A stretch of DNA of 64,000 bases from an uncultured Thermoprotei archaeon (GTDB lineage: Archaea > Thermoproteota > Thermoprotei > Thermofilales > B15-G2). Shown piece by piece: positions 9,911 to 19,534 of the stretch. The DNA lies in the NCBI GenBank assembly GCA_965367815.1, contig CBDUKN010000003.1:64001-128000 (forward strand), given 5' to 3'. How positions within the stretch are numbered: the first letter of the stretch is position 1; each line of letters opens with the position of its first letter. Both the position numbers and the translations under genes were made by a program. A model generated the notes under the pieces. The model ran no database searches and had not been told where the DNA came from. It worked only from the letters and a program-made list of their open reading frames with translations.

Positions 9911-10840
9911 ATGCTAGAAAAGAGGCTTTTTTACCTTATTATAGACCAGTTTCCAGGACACTGGGCTGAAGGAATATACGTCGACGAAGAAAAGAAAATT
10001 CCTCCTGTAAATGTCTTAGACTACCATGAGAGAGGACTAATACCTAATTTCTCTGAACTAATAAAAACAGGGATATGGATCAAGAGACCATGGAATAGAG
10101 GAGTCTGCAAAACGGGGTATGGTCTGAAATACTTGTCTACAGGAACATATAATACTAAAGTAGATGTAGGTTTCTTCGAATATGTAGCAAATAATTATGA
10201 GAAAGCTAAAGTAGCTACTTTTTTCACACTCCCTTGGGGTACAAAAGGATACCTTTATGTGCCAGGCTACATGATTAGCTTGCCACCATACTACCCTGAT
10301 GACATAATGTGGAGAGATTTCGTGGAACCCTATCTCAAAGATCATTCTGACTGGGACATAGTATGCGTTTATTTCCCGACAAACGACCAAGTACTCTTCT
10401 GTCCATCATATCAAGAGAAAAATGCTCACCCTAAATCTTCTAAACACGCCTACATGCTCTACTTAGATAAACTGCTAGGAGAAATAGTTAAGCTACTTAA
10501 ATGCGAAGGCTACTGGAAAGATACAGTATTCGTAATAGCGTCAGACCACGGTTATCATCTTGGATGTGAAGTCTGCTATATGAAAGGAGCAAGAACAGCG
10601 AACTTTGTCTACGACCACATAGAGCCATATGACTGCTACATATGGGATTTTAAGGAAAATAAGAAAACAGTAAAGTACAGCGGCGGACCTAGGAGAATAA
10701 CATTCATAGTGTCTGGAGAAGGACTTGAGGGACATTTAAGAGGAACTATCATTGAAGAAGCAGAGATAATTGATGTAATTCCAACAATAGCTAAACTACT
10801 CAATATACCCTACAAGTGTGAAGGAAAAAGTGTAGTGTAG
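9911..10840 (+). CDS. Alkaline phosphatase superfamily (phosphodiesterase/sulfatase-like) protein
   Basis: LIIDQ, LDKLLGEI, FVIASDHG, IIDVIPTIAKLL, GKS. Confidence 0.8.
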   Translation: MLEKRLFYLIIDQFPGHWAEGIYVDEEKKIPPVNVLDYHERGLIPNFSELIKTGIWIKRPWNRGVCKTGYGLKYLSTGTYNTKVDVGFFEYVANNYEKAKVATFFTLPWGTKGYLYVPGYMISLPPYYPDDIMWRDFVEPYLKDHSDWDIVCVYFPTNDQVLFCPSYQEKNAHPKSSKHAYMLYLDKLLGEIVKLLKCEGYWKDTVFVIASDHGYHLGCEVCYMKGARTANFVYDHIEPYDCYIWDFKENKKTVKYSGGPRRITFIVSGEGLEGHLRGTIIEEAEIIDVIPTIAKLLNIPYKCEGKSVV

Positions 10841-10880
10841 CCAGACAGAAATATTTAGTTCATAATGCTTAATTAAAGAC

Positions 10881-11105
10881 GTGAAGATAGAAGAGTATTT
10901 GAAAGAGCTTGAGAAGGCTCGTGAGTTTCGTAGACGTATGGCTGACTGGAAGTATATTGAATCAAGGCCAGAACCACTAAAAACAGCCCTAAAGCTTCTC
11001 GTAGAAACAGGAGATCTATGGTATTCTGCTACAATGACAGGAATACCTGTTGACTTGCTTAACGAGGAAAGAATTAAAGCAAAAATACCGCTCACGGTGA
11101 TTTAG
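10881..11105 (+). CDS. Small HTH protein, UPF0175-like putative antitoxin (upstream paralog, locus 2)
   Basis: ADWKYIE..P..LK.ALK...ETGD core, homologous to the small proteins of locus 1. Confidence 0.7.
   Translation: MKIEEYLKELEKAREFRRRMADWKYIESRPEPLKTALKLLVETGDLWYSATMTGIPVDLLNEERIKAKIPLTVI
10903..11014. repeat. 112-bp perfect direct repeat, copy B1
   Basis: Identical to 11701-11812. Confidence 0.95.
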
Positions 11106-11611
11106 TGGAGTTAGCTATAGTAGATACATGTTTTCTAATAAACTGGGCTAAATTCAGACAGAAAAACGATATATTTAATATTTTCTCAAAACTAATCATA
11201 CCATCTATTATATATACTGAAGTGAGAAGTGAGTCAGCACGAAGCTTTATAGCAAGACTTATGGCTGAGAAGCGGATTCTCCTTGCTCCGCGAATAAGTC
11301 AAGTAGATATCCTCGCTTTAAAGATCTACGATTTGATAAACTCTCATCCATCTCTTCCTTCAATAGATCCTCCGGAAGCATACGCTTTAGCTTTAGCCAA
11401 GTATCTAGAGAAACCTCTGCTAACGGATAATGCTTCACCCAGACTAGCAGTAGAGGTGATAAATGAAGTTAAAGGAGTGAGAGTCTATGATTCTTTAATG
11501 CTTTTAGCTAAACTATATAAAGGTAATCTGTTCAGAAGAAAGGTTAAAGAATTTATAGAAGATACACATATATTTTTCTCAGAAAAAAGGCTAAGAGAAT
11601 ATGGACTCTGA
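11105..11611 (+). CDS. PIN-domain toxin (DUF3368/COG2405-like)
   Basis: AIVDTCFLINW, IPSIIYTEV, DPPEAYALAL, LLTDN; paralog of 5065-5628. Confidence 0.8.
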   Translation: MELAIVDTCFLINWAKFRQKNDIFNIFSKLIIPSIIYTEVRSESARSFIARLMAEKRILLAPRISQVDILALKIYDLINSHPSLPSIDPPEAYALALAKYLEKPLLTDNASPRLAVEVINEVKGVRVYDSLMLLAKLYKGNLFRRKVKEFIEDTHIFFSEKRLREYGL

Positions 11612-11903
11612 GGAATTAAAGTATTTTAAGAAAGTAGTTGAAGAAACTGGGCTCACTATAAACTGGAAGCTCTTTGAAAAAAGGATTAAGGAGCTTGAAG
11701 AAGAGCTTGAGAAGGCTCGTGAGTTTCGTAGACGTATGGCTGACTGGAAGTATATTGAATCAAGGCCAGAACCACTAAAAACAGCCCTAAAGCTTCTCGT
11801 AGAAACAGGAGACTTAAAAAAAGTATCTTATCTTTACTCTATACCGCTAGATACTTTAAATGAAGAAAGAATTAAGGCAAGAATACCTATTGTTGTAGTA
11901 TAA
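11601..11903 (+). CDS. Small HTH protein, UPF0175-like putative antitoxin (downstream paralog, locus 2)
   Basis: Same core as 10881-11105 with an N-terminal extension and a different tail. Confidence 0.7.
   Translation: MDSEELKYFKKVVEETGLTINWKLFEKRIKELEEELEKAREFRRRMADWKYIESRPEPLKTALKLLVETGDLKKVSYLYSIPLDTLNEERIKARIPIVVV
11701..11812. repeat. 112-bp perfect direct repeat, copy B2
   Basis: Identical to 10903-11014, offset 798 bp. Confidence 0.95.
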
Positions 11904-12044
11904 TATCATAGACTTTGATTATCATTAAATTGTAATTAAATGTCAGCAAAATCAGACTATCTTTTGTGACATAAACTGAATGTAGTTTACTAAACTGCTT
12001 ACAGAGAAGATTAGTTATTTAAATATTAAACCGATTAATTAAAC

Positions 12045-12933
12045 ATGAGTATATATGAAAGTCTTCTAAGAGAGATTAGAGCATTACCCACAGTAGGTGC
12101 CCACGAGCACTTAGCACCGAAAAAGTCAGGCTTTCACTTAAACCCGATGTATGCTTCCTTTTCTCACACTATTCTGTAAACGACTTAATTTCAGCTGGCT
12201 GTCGTCCATGGGGTATATCTGCTCGAGAAAGATGAAAGCTAATACATTTTCTGAGAAATACTTCTATATCTTTAGAAGAGCGCTTTAAAGTAATTGAGCC
12301 TTACATTAAGTATATAAAGTATGGCACTTACTATAGAGCGCTTAAAATAGCGTTGAAAGAGGTGTATGGCTATGATGAAGTAACTGGAGCAACTATAAAG
12401 AAATTTCTAATAAAATGAAGGAGGAAAAAAGCCTAGAATATATGATAAAATTCTTGTAGAAAAATGTAGAGCAAGATATGTCTTACCTCAGTGGAGCGAA
12501 CTATGTGATGATTTCAGGCAACTAGACCCAAGACACAACATACCTTTATTCCAAAAGTACCTTGAGACGAAGTTCGATTTATATCATATGGGCATGCCTT
12601 GGGTACGTGACACTGCCTTTATAGCCAAAAACTACCACAACGTGTACTTGAATTTATGCTGGAGTCACATAGTTTCCTCACATATGACTGTATCAGGGCT
12701 CCTAGAGTACTTTGATATTGTTCCAGTCAATAAGATAATAGCTTTCGGCGGCGACTACACAGTCTACTCTCTCGAGAAAAATTGTAAGTCACTTAAGAAT
12801 AGCTGAAGAAAATATCGCTGAGGTATTAACTAAACTAGTAGAAGAGAGGAGGATAAGCGGCTTAAATGAGGCAGTAGAAGTCGCTAAAATGCTGTTCTAT
12901 GAAAACCCTGTCGAGATCTATGGACTTAAGTAG
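12045..12933 (+). pseudogene. Amidohydrolase (uronate isomerase-like) pseudogene
   Basis: Fragments MSIYESLLREIRALPTVGAHEHL, FDLYHMGMPW...NVYLNLCW, NKIIAFGGDY and ENPVEIYGL; several stops and frameshifts. Confidence 0.75.
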
Positions 12934-13351
12934 ATTCCTTTAAGACAAGTTTTTCTAATAGCTTAAAGTCAAGATATTCTCTAATAGTAGTGTCGACAGC
13001 AAGAGCTCTCAAGTACTCGTCTCTAGAAAACAGCAGTTTTCCTCTAGTGAAAACATGATACTTGAATGATAGAGGAGCTTCATTTAAAACATGAATGTCT
13101 ACTGGAAAGCCTATTTCTAGCTCCAGCTTAGCCGAGTAGTCGACAGTATAGTAGAAAGCTTTTTCAATAGACTTAATCCATATTGCTACATCGATATCTC
13201 TAAAGAAGCTTCTTTCAAGAAAACCTCCGTGAACATACGCAAATACTATTTCTTCTTCGCTGAGAAGCTTTTCTTTAAGTCTCTCAAGTATGAACTCCTT
13301 TTCTTCCTTCCTTAATTCATAGTACTTAAACACAGGTATCATGTTTTTCAA
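12926..13351 (-). CDS. Minimal nucleotidyltransferase (MNT antitoxin)
   Basis: FAYVHGGF...RDIDVAI...VDIHVLNEAP; adjacent to a HEPN gene. Confidence 0.85.
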   Translation of the reverse strand: MKNMIPVFKYYELRKEEKEFILERLKEKLLSEEEIVFAYVHGGFLERSFFRDIDVAIWIKSIEKAFYYTVDYSAKLELEIGFPVDIHVLNEAPLSFKYHVFTRGKLLFSRDEYLRALAVDTTIREYLDFKLLEKLVLKEST

Positions 13352-13763
13352 TAAATTTTCTAATATAGGATATATTCTTCAAAGTCTTTTAAACCTTTCT
13401 TAGAGCTCTCGTAGACTTTCTCATCTATTATCTCTCAGTACCTATGTATAAGCAAATTTCTTAATCTAGCAGCTAAGACTAGTCTACGAGCTAGTTCTCA
13501 GGAATAACGCCTTTTAAGCCAAGTCTGCTAAAGCAGTCAGGGTATCCTATTGCTTTTTCACTAAAAATATTTGCTAAAATATGTATACAGATAGCAGCGG
13601 CTGCTTCAACAAGCTGGATTATAAGATATCTTAAAGAAATTTTTTCATAAATACTTAGCTTACCGAAATCTTTATTGGTAATTTCACGAATTATTTGAGC
13701 AGCATCATTTATCTCTCTTATGTGCATTTCAAGGTAATCTTTATTTACTTTTGGAATTTCAAG
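13348..13763 (-). pseudogene. HEPN (DUF86/HepT) RNase toxin pseudogene
   Basis: LRYLIIQLVEAAAAICIHI...YPDCFSRL, then a frameshift near 13495; the shifted frame holds RNLLIHRY (RxxxxH) followed by an in-frame TGA. Confidence 0.8.
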
Positions 13764-13844
13764 CCACCAATTTTCATCTAACCAGGCTAATAAATTATTT
13801 ATTTTCTTGCCGAAAACCCTAGTTGTCCTTAAATAGTTTAATAA

Positions 13845-14654
13845 ATGCTACACTTGATAATAGTCACTGTGCAGGAAATCCGCAATCCTCTTAAGGACAA
13901 ATTCAGAAACAAGGATGTAGCCCTAGGTGTAGCTGTAACTATTCCTTGCCCTGAAGTAGCTGAAGCTTTAGCCCATATTGGTTTTGACTGGCTTTTCATA
14001 GATATGGAGCATGCTCCCTTAGAGCTAACCGACGTGAAGCTCATTTTACAGGCAGTAGCAGGAACAAATACAGTACCAGTAGTCAGAGTTCCTTGGAACG
14101 ACTTCGTTATAATAAAAAGAGTACTCGACTTAGGAGTATTCAATATTATCGTCCCGTGGATAAATAGCCGTAAAGAAGCAGAAGAAGCCGTAAAAGCATG
14201 CAAATACCCACCTGAAGGAATTAGAGGATGCGGGCCTCTAAGAGCCTCACTGTACGGCCTTAAGACTAAAGAATACTTAGAGAAAGCTAATTTTGAAGTA
14301 GCAGTTATTGTTCAAATAGAAACAGCTAAAGCAGTACAGAATATCAATGAAATACTATCAGTTAAAGGAGTAGACGCCACTTTCGTCGGGCCAATGGATT
14401 TATCTGTTTCACTAGGTTATCTAGGGAACCCACAACATCCCGAAGTAAAAGCCGCCATAGAGAAAATAGCTGAAGCCCACGAAAATACAAAAGTATGTCC
14501 AGGCATAGCCTCATCAATAGAACAGCTTAAAGAACACCTCGAGCTAGGATACAGATTCATCAACATTGGAAGCGACATAGGCTTAATAAGAGGAGGAGCG
14601 AGAAAACTCCTTCAATCAGCTAAAAACATACTAAAAGAATCAGCCTTCTCTTAA
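13845..14654 (+). CDS. HpcH/HpaI-family 2-keto-3-deoxy sugar-acid aldolase
   Basis: GFDWLFIDMEH, VVRVP, YPPEGIRG, QIET, FVGPMDLS; true start is probably a few codons downstream. Confidence 0.9.
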   Translation: MLHLIIVTVQEIRNPLKDKFRNKDVALGVAVTIPCPEVAEALAHIGFDWLFIDMEHAPLELTDVKLILQAVAGTNTVPVVRVPWNDFVIIKRVLDLGVFNIIVPWINSRKEAEEAVKACKYPPEGIRGCGPLRASLYGLKTKEYLEKANFEVAVIVQIETAKAVQNINEILSVKGVDATFVGPMDLSVSLGYLGNPQHPEVKAAIEKIAEAHENTKVCPGIASSIEQLKEHLELGYRFINIGSDIGLIRGGARKLLQSAKNILKESAFS

Positions 14655-14814
14655 ACTCCATAACTAAATAGTATTTCAGCAAAATTCAATTTAATAAGCC
14701 CTATATATTTACTCTAAAATTCTTAACCTATTTATTTAATCTATCTATTTAATTCTACCTAATGTTGATTTACTTAAATAAAAAATTAAATATCTCATTT
14801 GTTCTAGAACAATA

Positions 14815-15237
14815 GTGATGCGGATGAAAATCACTAAATACAATGTAGTATCTATACTCATAATATTGGCACTAGTGAGCACATGGATTTCACAATTAGC
14901 TGTAACGTATCCTACAATAGAGCCTCACTCTGAAGCTCCTCCCAATCAATGCTGGCCTGTGAAACTCTGCTCAGACTCAAGTTTTCAGGTTTGTGTCGAT
15001 AACTGCTATAAAGAGGCAGGATTTACCGGATGGGAGTGCGGAGAGTGGGTCATTTTAGTCGCATCTGTTGTAGCAATTGAAATAGAAGGACCATACTTAG
15101 CTAAAGTAGGAATCATAGCAGAAAAGGTAATTGCGGCAGCAAGGGTATCTACTGAGATATATTTGACGTTTAAAGCAAGTTCTCCGTGTGCAGGTTATAT
15201 TAATCATGCAAGTGCGGCCCTTAACTGTATCTTGTAG
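14815..15237 (+). CDS. Secreted cysteine-rich hypothetical protein
   Basis: Signal-peptide-like N-terminus, 7 Cys and a central hydrophobic segment. Confidence 0.6.
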   Translation: MMRMKITKYNVVSILIILALVSTWISQLAVTYPTIEPHSEAPPNQCWPVKLCSDSSFQVCVDNCYKEAGFTGWECGEWVILVASVVAIEIEGPYLAKVGIIAEKVIAAARVSTEIYLTFKASSPCAGYINHASAALNCIL

Positions 15238-15280
15238 TCGGTGAAGAGATACTTTAATCTGTTCTACACGTAGATTAAGG

Positions 15281-15595
15281 GTGATGAAAATGAAAAATAT
15301 TATTTCAAAAATAAGGAATAGTCTTTTAGTAATAAAGGAATTTAAAACTGCTCCTTTAGTAATCAAGCTTCAATGCTTCTGCTCTATTCTTTTATTCTTT
15401 TCACTTTTTACCAGAAATCGTATAATTATTTTATTAGTTTTAATATACTACGCTACCTTAGAGTATTTAGACCTCGAAGTATTTCCTAAACGCATTAAGT
15501 CTCCTAACTACTCAAAGTGGTTTAAAAGAACTGCTAAGTTGAACCATCTTTTAGAGTTTATACTTATCTTAATAGCCGTATTTACAGTAACTTAG
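15281..15595 (+). CDS. Small basic multi-TM hypothetical protein
   Basis: 104 aa, about three hydrophobic helices, Lys-rich. Confidence 0.55.
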   Translation: MMKMKNIISKIRNSLLVIKEFKTAPLVIKLQCFCSILLFFSLFTRNRIIILLVLIYYATLEYLDLEVFPKRIKSPNYSKWFKRTAKLNHLLEFILILIAVFTVT

Positions 15596-15937
15596 TGCGA
15601 AACGAGGAATCTGGCTAATGAAGGTGAAGAATGTAAAAGATACTTCCTGTAAATTTATGCTCTACATTTTTATGAACCCAGTATTGCTAGTGATAATAGC
15701 ACTTTTACCCTTATGGTATCCTAATAGTTTGTTCTATAAAATACTTCTTTAACGCAGAGTAAAGTTTTCGAGAAATATAAGATGAGTGGAGTACTGTAGA
15801 GACTATTGTTGAAGCAATACTGACTATGATTCTTAAATAGCTATCACTATGAGTCTAGTAAGCTCGCTCACTAATTTACACAGAAAATGTATTAGTTGAT
15901 GAAGGTTATTTGAGAGTACTGTAAAACTGTTTCTTAG

Positions 15938-16495
15938 TCACTTAGGTTGCAGTATAGCTGATAGTGCAGGAACATCTCTTTTAGTTTCGTCGAAAATACG
16001 TCCCCATGCGTGATATATTTCATGTATTTCAATAACTTTAAATGCTTTTGCGAATACTTTGTAGAGAGTGTGCTTGAGTTCGCTGTGAGGAACGATGTGC
16101 GGCTCTTCATCGAATTCTAGGAGGAGAAGTCCTCTCGGTTTAAGTATTCTGTATAGCTCGCCTACGTAGAGTCTGTGGTTTTTAATGAAAGTGAAGGTGT
16201 AGGAGTCTACAACTGCATCGAAAGAGTTTTCTCTAAAGGGTAGAGTTAAGTCAGCTGTTGCCATAATTTTGTCACATTCTATTGAAAGATTGAGCAGGGG
16301 TATCGAAGCTATATCCAGCGCGACTACATGAAAATTCATTTTCCTTAGGAAAAGCGTGTTTCGTCCTGACCCACACCCTATGTCAAGTACTCTAGCGCGT
16401 TTATCTAGCATTTGCACTAGTCTTTCTAGTCTGGGAGAATGCCTTCCATTAAGTCCTTCAAATAGCTCTTTGCTGTGAGTTCTCCATGAGTGCAT
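15938..16495 (-). CDS. Class I SAM-dependent methyltransferase
   Basis: VLDIGCGSG, LPFRENSFDAV, RILKPRG. Confidence 0.85.
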   Translation of the reverse strand: MHSWRTHSKELFEGLNGRHSPRLERLVQMLDKRARVLDIGCGSGRNTLFLRKMNFHVVALDIASIPLLNLSIECDKIMATADLTLPFRENSFDAVVDSYTFTFIKNHRLYVGELYRILKPRGLLLLEFDEEPHIVPHSELKHTLYKVFAKAFKVIEIHEIYHAWGRIFDETKRDVPALSAILQPK

Positions 16496-16505
16496 AGCTC
16501 TTGAG

Positions 16506-16821
16506 CTACGGTCGCCTGCTATTAAACTTAGCGCTCAACATTTTCTCTAGGCTGTCTATGTTACTTCTAATGTACTTTAGAGTAGCCAGTAGCTCGTTTA
16601 TATGCTTCTCGTTGATGTAGTAAGCTACTCTAGGCCTATCGGCAGTAATCCATTTCTTAGAGACTATTTCTATCTTAATCATTGTTTTCAAATGGCTATG
16701 GTATAGTCTGCCTAGGTACACCGAGTATTTTCTCTAGCTGGCTAAGAGTTACCGGCACATCAGCTGCAGCCAGTATTACTAGTAACGCTAGCCTAATAGG
16801 ATGCATAAGCAGTTTCTTCAA
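16506..16821 (-). pseudogene. Winged-HTH (ArsR/MarR-like) regulator, frameshifted
   Basis: TTG at 16821 gives MKKLLMHPIRLALLVILAAADVPVTLSQLEKILGVPRQTI, joined by a 1-bp shift to HSHLKTM...RPRVAYYIN. Confidence 0.7.
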
Positions 16822-17481
16822 GTCTCTTGGAGTCTTTTTCTCGTGAACCAATAGTAACCACCTGCTGACGCTGATACCAGTAGAGCATAGAGGAGAATAA
16901 GATATGAGGCAACTAAAGCAAATCCTTCTTTTCCAGCAGGAAGGGCCAATGCTGCTGAAACACTAGCTACAACAGGTACAGTAATTGCGACGGTAATTAA
17001 TGTTAGCCAAGATAATCTTACTTTATAGCCGCATATATTTAGAGCGGCGAGTATTGCACATAGTTCAGCGAGAAAGCAGCTTAATAACATCAAGTTTATT
17101 TGTACTGTTTCTTCACTTATCTTTACAAGCTGTGAAGGCAAGCTTAGTCTTCTACTCATAAAACGCAGATACCATGTGAAGCTGAGTACAAGCACTACGA
17201 ATAAAGCTATGAAAGTTAATCCATAAAGAGGAGATGTTTCAGCGAGTTTGTCGACTTTATATAGTATTGTGGTAGTGTATACGGTGATCATCGATGATAG
17301 CAAGAAGAGCTGATATACAGCTGAAAACAGTGAGTACAACAAAATAGTTTCTGTAAACTAAAGCATCTTCAGCATCAGCAAAACTAATAGCCTTCTCTAA
17401 AATCTCTTGACTCATTTTATCACAGCATTTTATCTCGATACTGCTTATATTAGCGTCCATTAGAGTCGAAAACTCCGACAA
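16818..17481 (-). pseudogene. Multi-TM membrane protein, probably one frameshifted gene
   Basis: Overlapping same-strand ORFs 17257-17481 and 16818-17342; its stop overlaps the start of the wHTH gene. Confidence 0.5.
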
Positions 17482-17497
17482 AAAAGAATATAATTAT

Positions 17498-17513
17498 GTA
17501 ATTACTTAATTAC
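17498..17513. promoter_or_regulatory. Candidate VapB operator (GTAATTAC-TTAATTAC)
   Basis: Tandem near-palindromic 8-mers ending 6 bp before the antitoxin ATG. Confidence 0.4.
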
Positions 17514-17519
17514 CTAGTT

Positions 17520-17750
17520 ATGAGAAAGTATTCTACAATATCTATTCCTGTAGAAGTAAAAAGAGTCTTGGAGAAAGATAAAGGTAAGGAGAGCTGGGGA
17601 GAATACCTTATGAAACTATATAATGACTCCCGCATATACAGGAAAAAGAAGGCATTTCAAGAGCTCGTCAAGCTACTTGACGAAGAAGACTTAAGAAACA
17701 TTGAAATAGAGAGTAAAAAGTTTAGAGAGAACTTTAAGCTTCGAACATGA
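17520..17750 (+). CDS. vapB: VapB-type antitoxin
   Basis: STISIPVEVKRVLEKDKGKESW; ATGA overlap with the PIN gene. Confidence 0.8.
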   Translation: MRKYSTISIPVEVKRVLEKDKGKESWGEYLMKLYNDSRIYRKKKAFQELVKLLDEEDLRNIEIESKKFRENFKLRT

Positions 17751-18097
17751 TTTACGATACAAGTATAGTAATAGAAATGATACGTAGGAATAGATTTGCA
17801 GAAGGCAGTATTTCTGTTTTAACTTTAATTGAGGTATTAAGGGGAGTTAAGTCTAGTAAAAGAGAAAAAACTAAAAAACTTTTAGAGGAAATATTTGATA
17901 TATATTATTTGGATAATGAAATTATTTTAAAATATTGTGAATTATATAATTTTCTAAAGAAAGAAGGCAAATTAATACCAGATGCAGACCTAATAATAGC
18001 GGCTACAGCATTAACATACGGAGAAGAATTGATTACAAAAGATAAACACTTTTTAGTACTTGAAAAAGCGGGCCTGAGAGTAACAGTTTTAGATTGA
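17747..18097 (+). CDS. vapC: VapC PIN toxin
   Basis: IYDTS, TLIEVLRG, DADLIIAATAL, LITKDKHF. Confidence 0.9.
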   Translation: MIYDTSIVIEMIRRNRFAEGSISVLTLIEVLRGVKSSKREKTKKLLEEIFDIYYLDNEIILKYCELYNFLKKEGKLIPDADLIIAATALTYGEELITKDKHFLVLEKAGLRVTVLD

Positions 18098-19534
18098 GTT
18101 CTTTTCACATAATTCCTTAAAGCTCTCTAAGTATTCTTCAACATACTTATCGTCAATACTAAGTCTCTTTACTTCAATACTTTCAAGCTGAGGCAGTTCT
18201 ACATCGAGGTCTTTTAAGCTCTTATCCTCCAGAGCAGCTTTGCCTACGAGTGCGGCTCCGAGGCTAGTTGCTTCAGTGTACTTGTAGTACACTATAGTAT
18301 TGTAGGGCATTAGCGTAGCTAAATACCTTAAGTAGTGGGGATTCTTGGCGAAACCTCCTTGAACAAGTATTCTTAAGCCCTTTTTGCCTCGAGTAAGCAG
18401 ACTTAAAGCAAAGTATGTCTGCGCAGCCAAAGACAAGTTGAGCACATGGTATGCTGTCGCAGGATCTCTGAAGAACTCTTTTTCCTTTACTATTCTACCT
18501 TTAGAGCAAGGGAACTGGCCAGTACCAGGAGTGAGAGTCGGCACAACATAAGCTGTTTGTTCCTTAATGATTTTAACTGCAAGCTTCTCGTCAAAAGGTA
18601 TTTTGAGAGGATCTACGTTAAACCTTTTCCTAGTAATGTTAATGTAGTATTCGAATTCGTAGCCACACTTAAATCTCGCCGACTTAATGGGTCTACCATA
18701 AACATCAATGTAGTACAATATATCCCGATAAACGTCTTCTTTAGCTGGAGAATATTCTGCGCTAGGGTACATGAAAACACACCATGTTCCAGTAGAAGCT
18801 AACACGAATTCCTTTTTCTCGGCGAGAAGGAAAGGTACGAGAGACGCGTTAGAGTCATGTATTCCTGCCGCGACTTTAACTCCCTTATATTTGCCAATAC
18901 AGTCCCAGACGTTGTAGAAAGGCGGAGATTTCTCCGGGACATCTAGGCCTTTAGCTACAATACTCCAGTCTTTATCTACTATATCGTAGAGATATGTGTG
19001 GCAGCCAACTGAAGTTATTTCAGTAGCTTTACCTCCACTCAAAATAAATGAAAAGTATTCTGGAAGAAACAGAATAGTCTTCGTTTTCTCGTAGACTTCA
19101 GGGAACTCGTTTTTAATCCAGTAAAGCTGAAGACCAACATTCAGCAACTGGCCTAGAGGAGGAGTTCCTGTACGTACGTAAAGTTCTTCAGGCGAACCGT
19201 ATTCCTCGAAGAACTTCTGCCTTACCTCGGGTTCTATTTCCTGATTATATGATACAACAGGGAATGCAAGCTTATCTTCAGCATCAAGAAGAACTACTGT
19301 AGCACCGAAAGTCGTGAAAACAATCGAACCTATGTTAAACCTGCTCAAAGCACTATCTAGTACAGAAAGCACCCACGAATTAATTGCATCAACATCGTCA
19401 CAGATTATGCCGTTAGTTTTCTTTTCCTCTATTTTAGTAGAAGTAGTGTATGCGACATTCAGCTCCTCGTCAAAAACAGTGAACTTCTTGTTAGTTTTAC
19501 CAATATCGAAGACAGCTATATTCTTTCCAACCAT
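18089..19534 (-). CDS. FGGY-family carbohydrate kinase (fuculo/rhamnulokinase-like)
   Basis: FDIGKTNKK, GIHDSNASL, STGTW, QGGFAKN, EATSLGAA. Confidence 0.85.
   Translation of the reverse strand: MVGKNIAVFDIGKTNKKFTVFDEELNVAYTTSTKIEEKKTNGIICDDVDAINSWVLSVLDSALSRFNIGSIVFTTFGATVVLLDAEDKLAFPVVSYNQEIEPEVRQKFFEEYGSPEELYVRTGTPPLGQLLNVGLQLYWIKNEFPEVYEKTKTILFLPEYFSFILSGGKATEITSVGCHTYLYDIVDKDWSIVAKGLDVPEKSPPFYNVWDCIGKYKGVKVAAGIHDSNASLVPFLLAEKKEFVLASTGTWCVFMYPSAEYSPAKEDVYRDILYYIDVYGRPIKSARFKCGYEFEYYINITRKRFNVDPLKIPFDEKLAVKIIKEQTAYVVPTLTPGTGQFPCSKGRIVKEKEFFRDPATAYHVLNLSLAAQTYFALSLLTRGKKGLRILVQGGFAKNPHYLRYLATLMPYNTIVYYKYTEATSLGAALVGKAALEDKSLKDLDVELPQLESIEVKRLSIDDKYVEEYLESFKELCEKNSI

Noticed and set aside
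4917-11812. The ~115-bp repeat pairs as diversity-generating retroelement TR/VR
   Set aside because: The copies are identical with no adenine-specific mismatches, both are coding, and no reverse transcriptase is in the window
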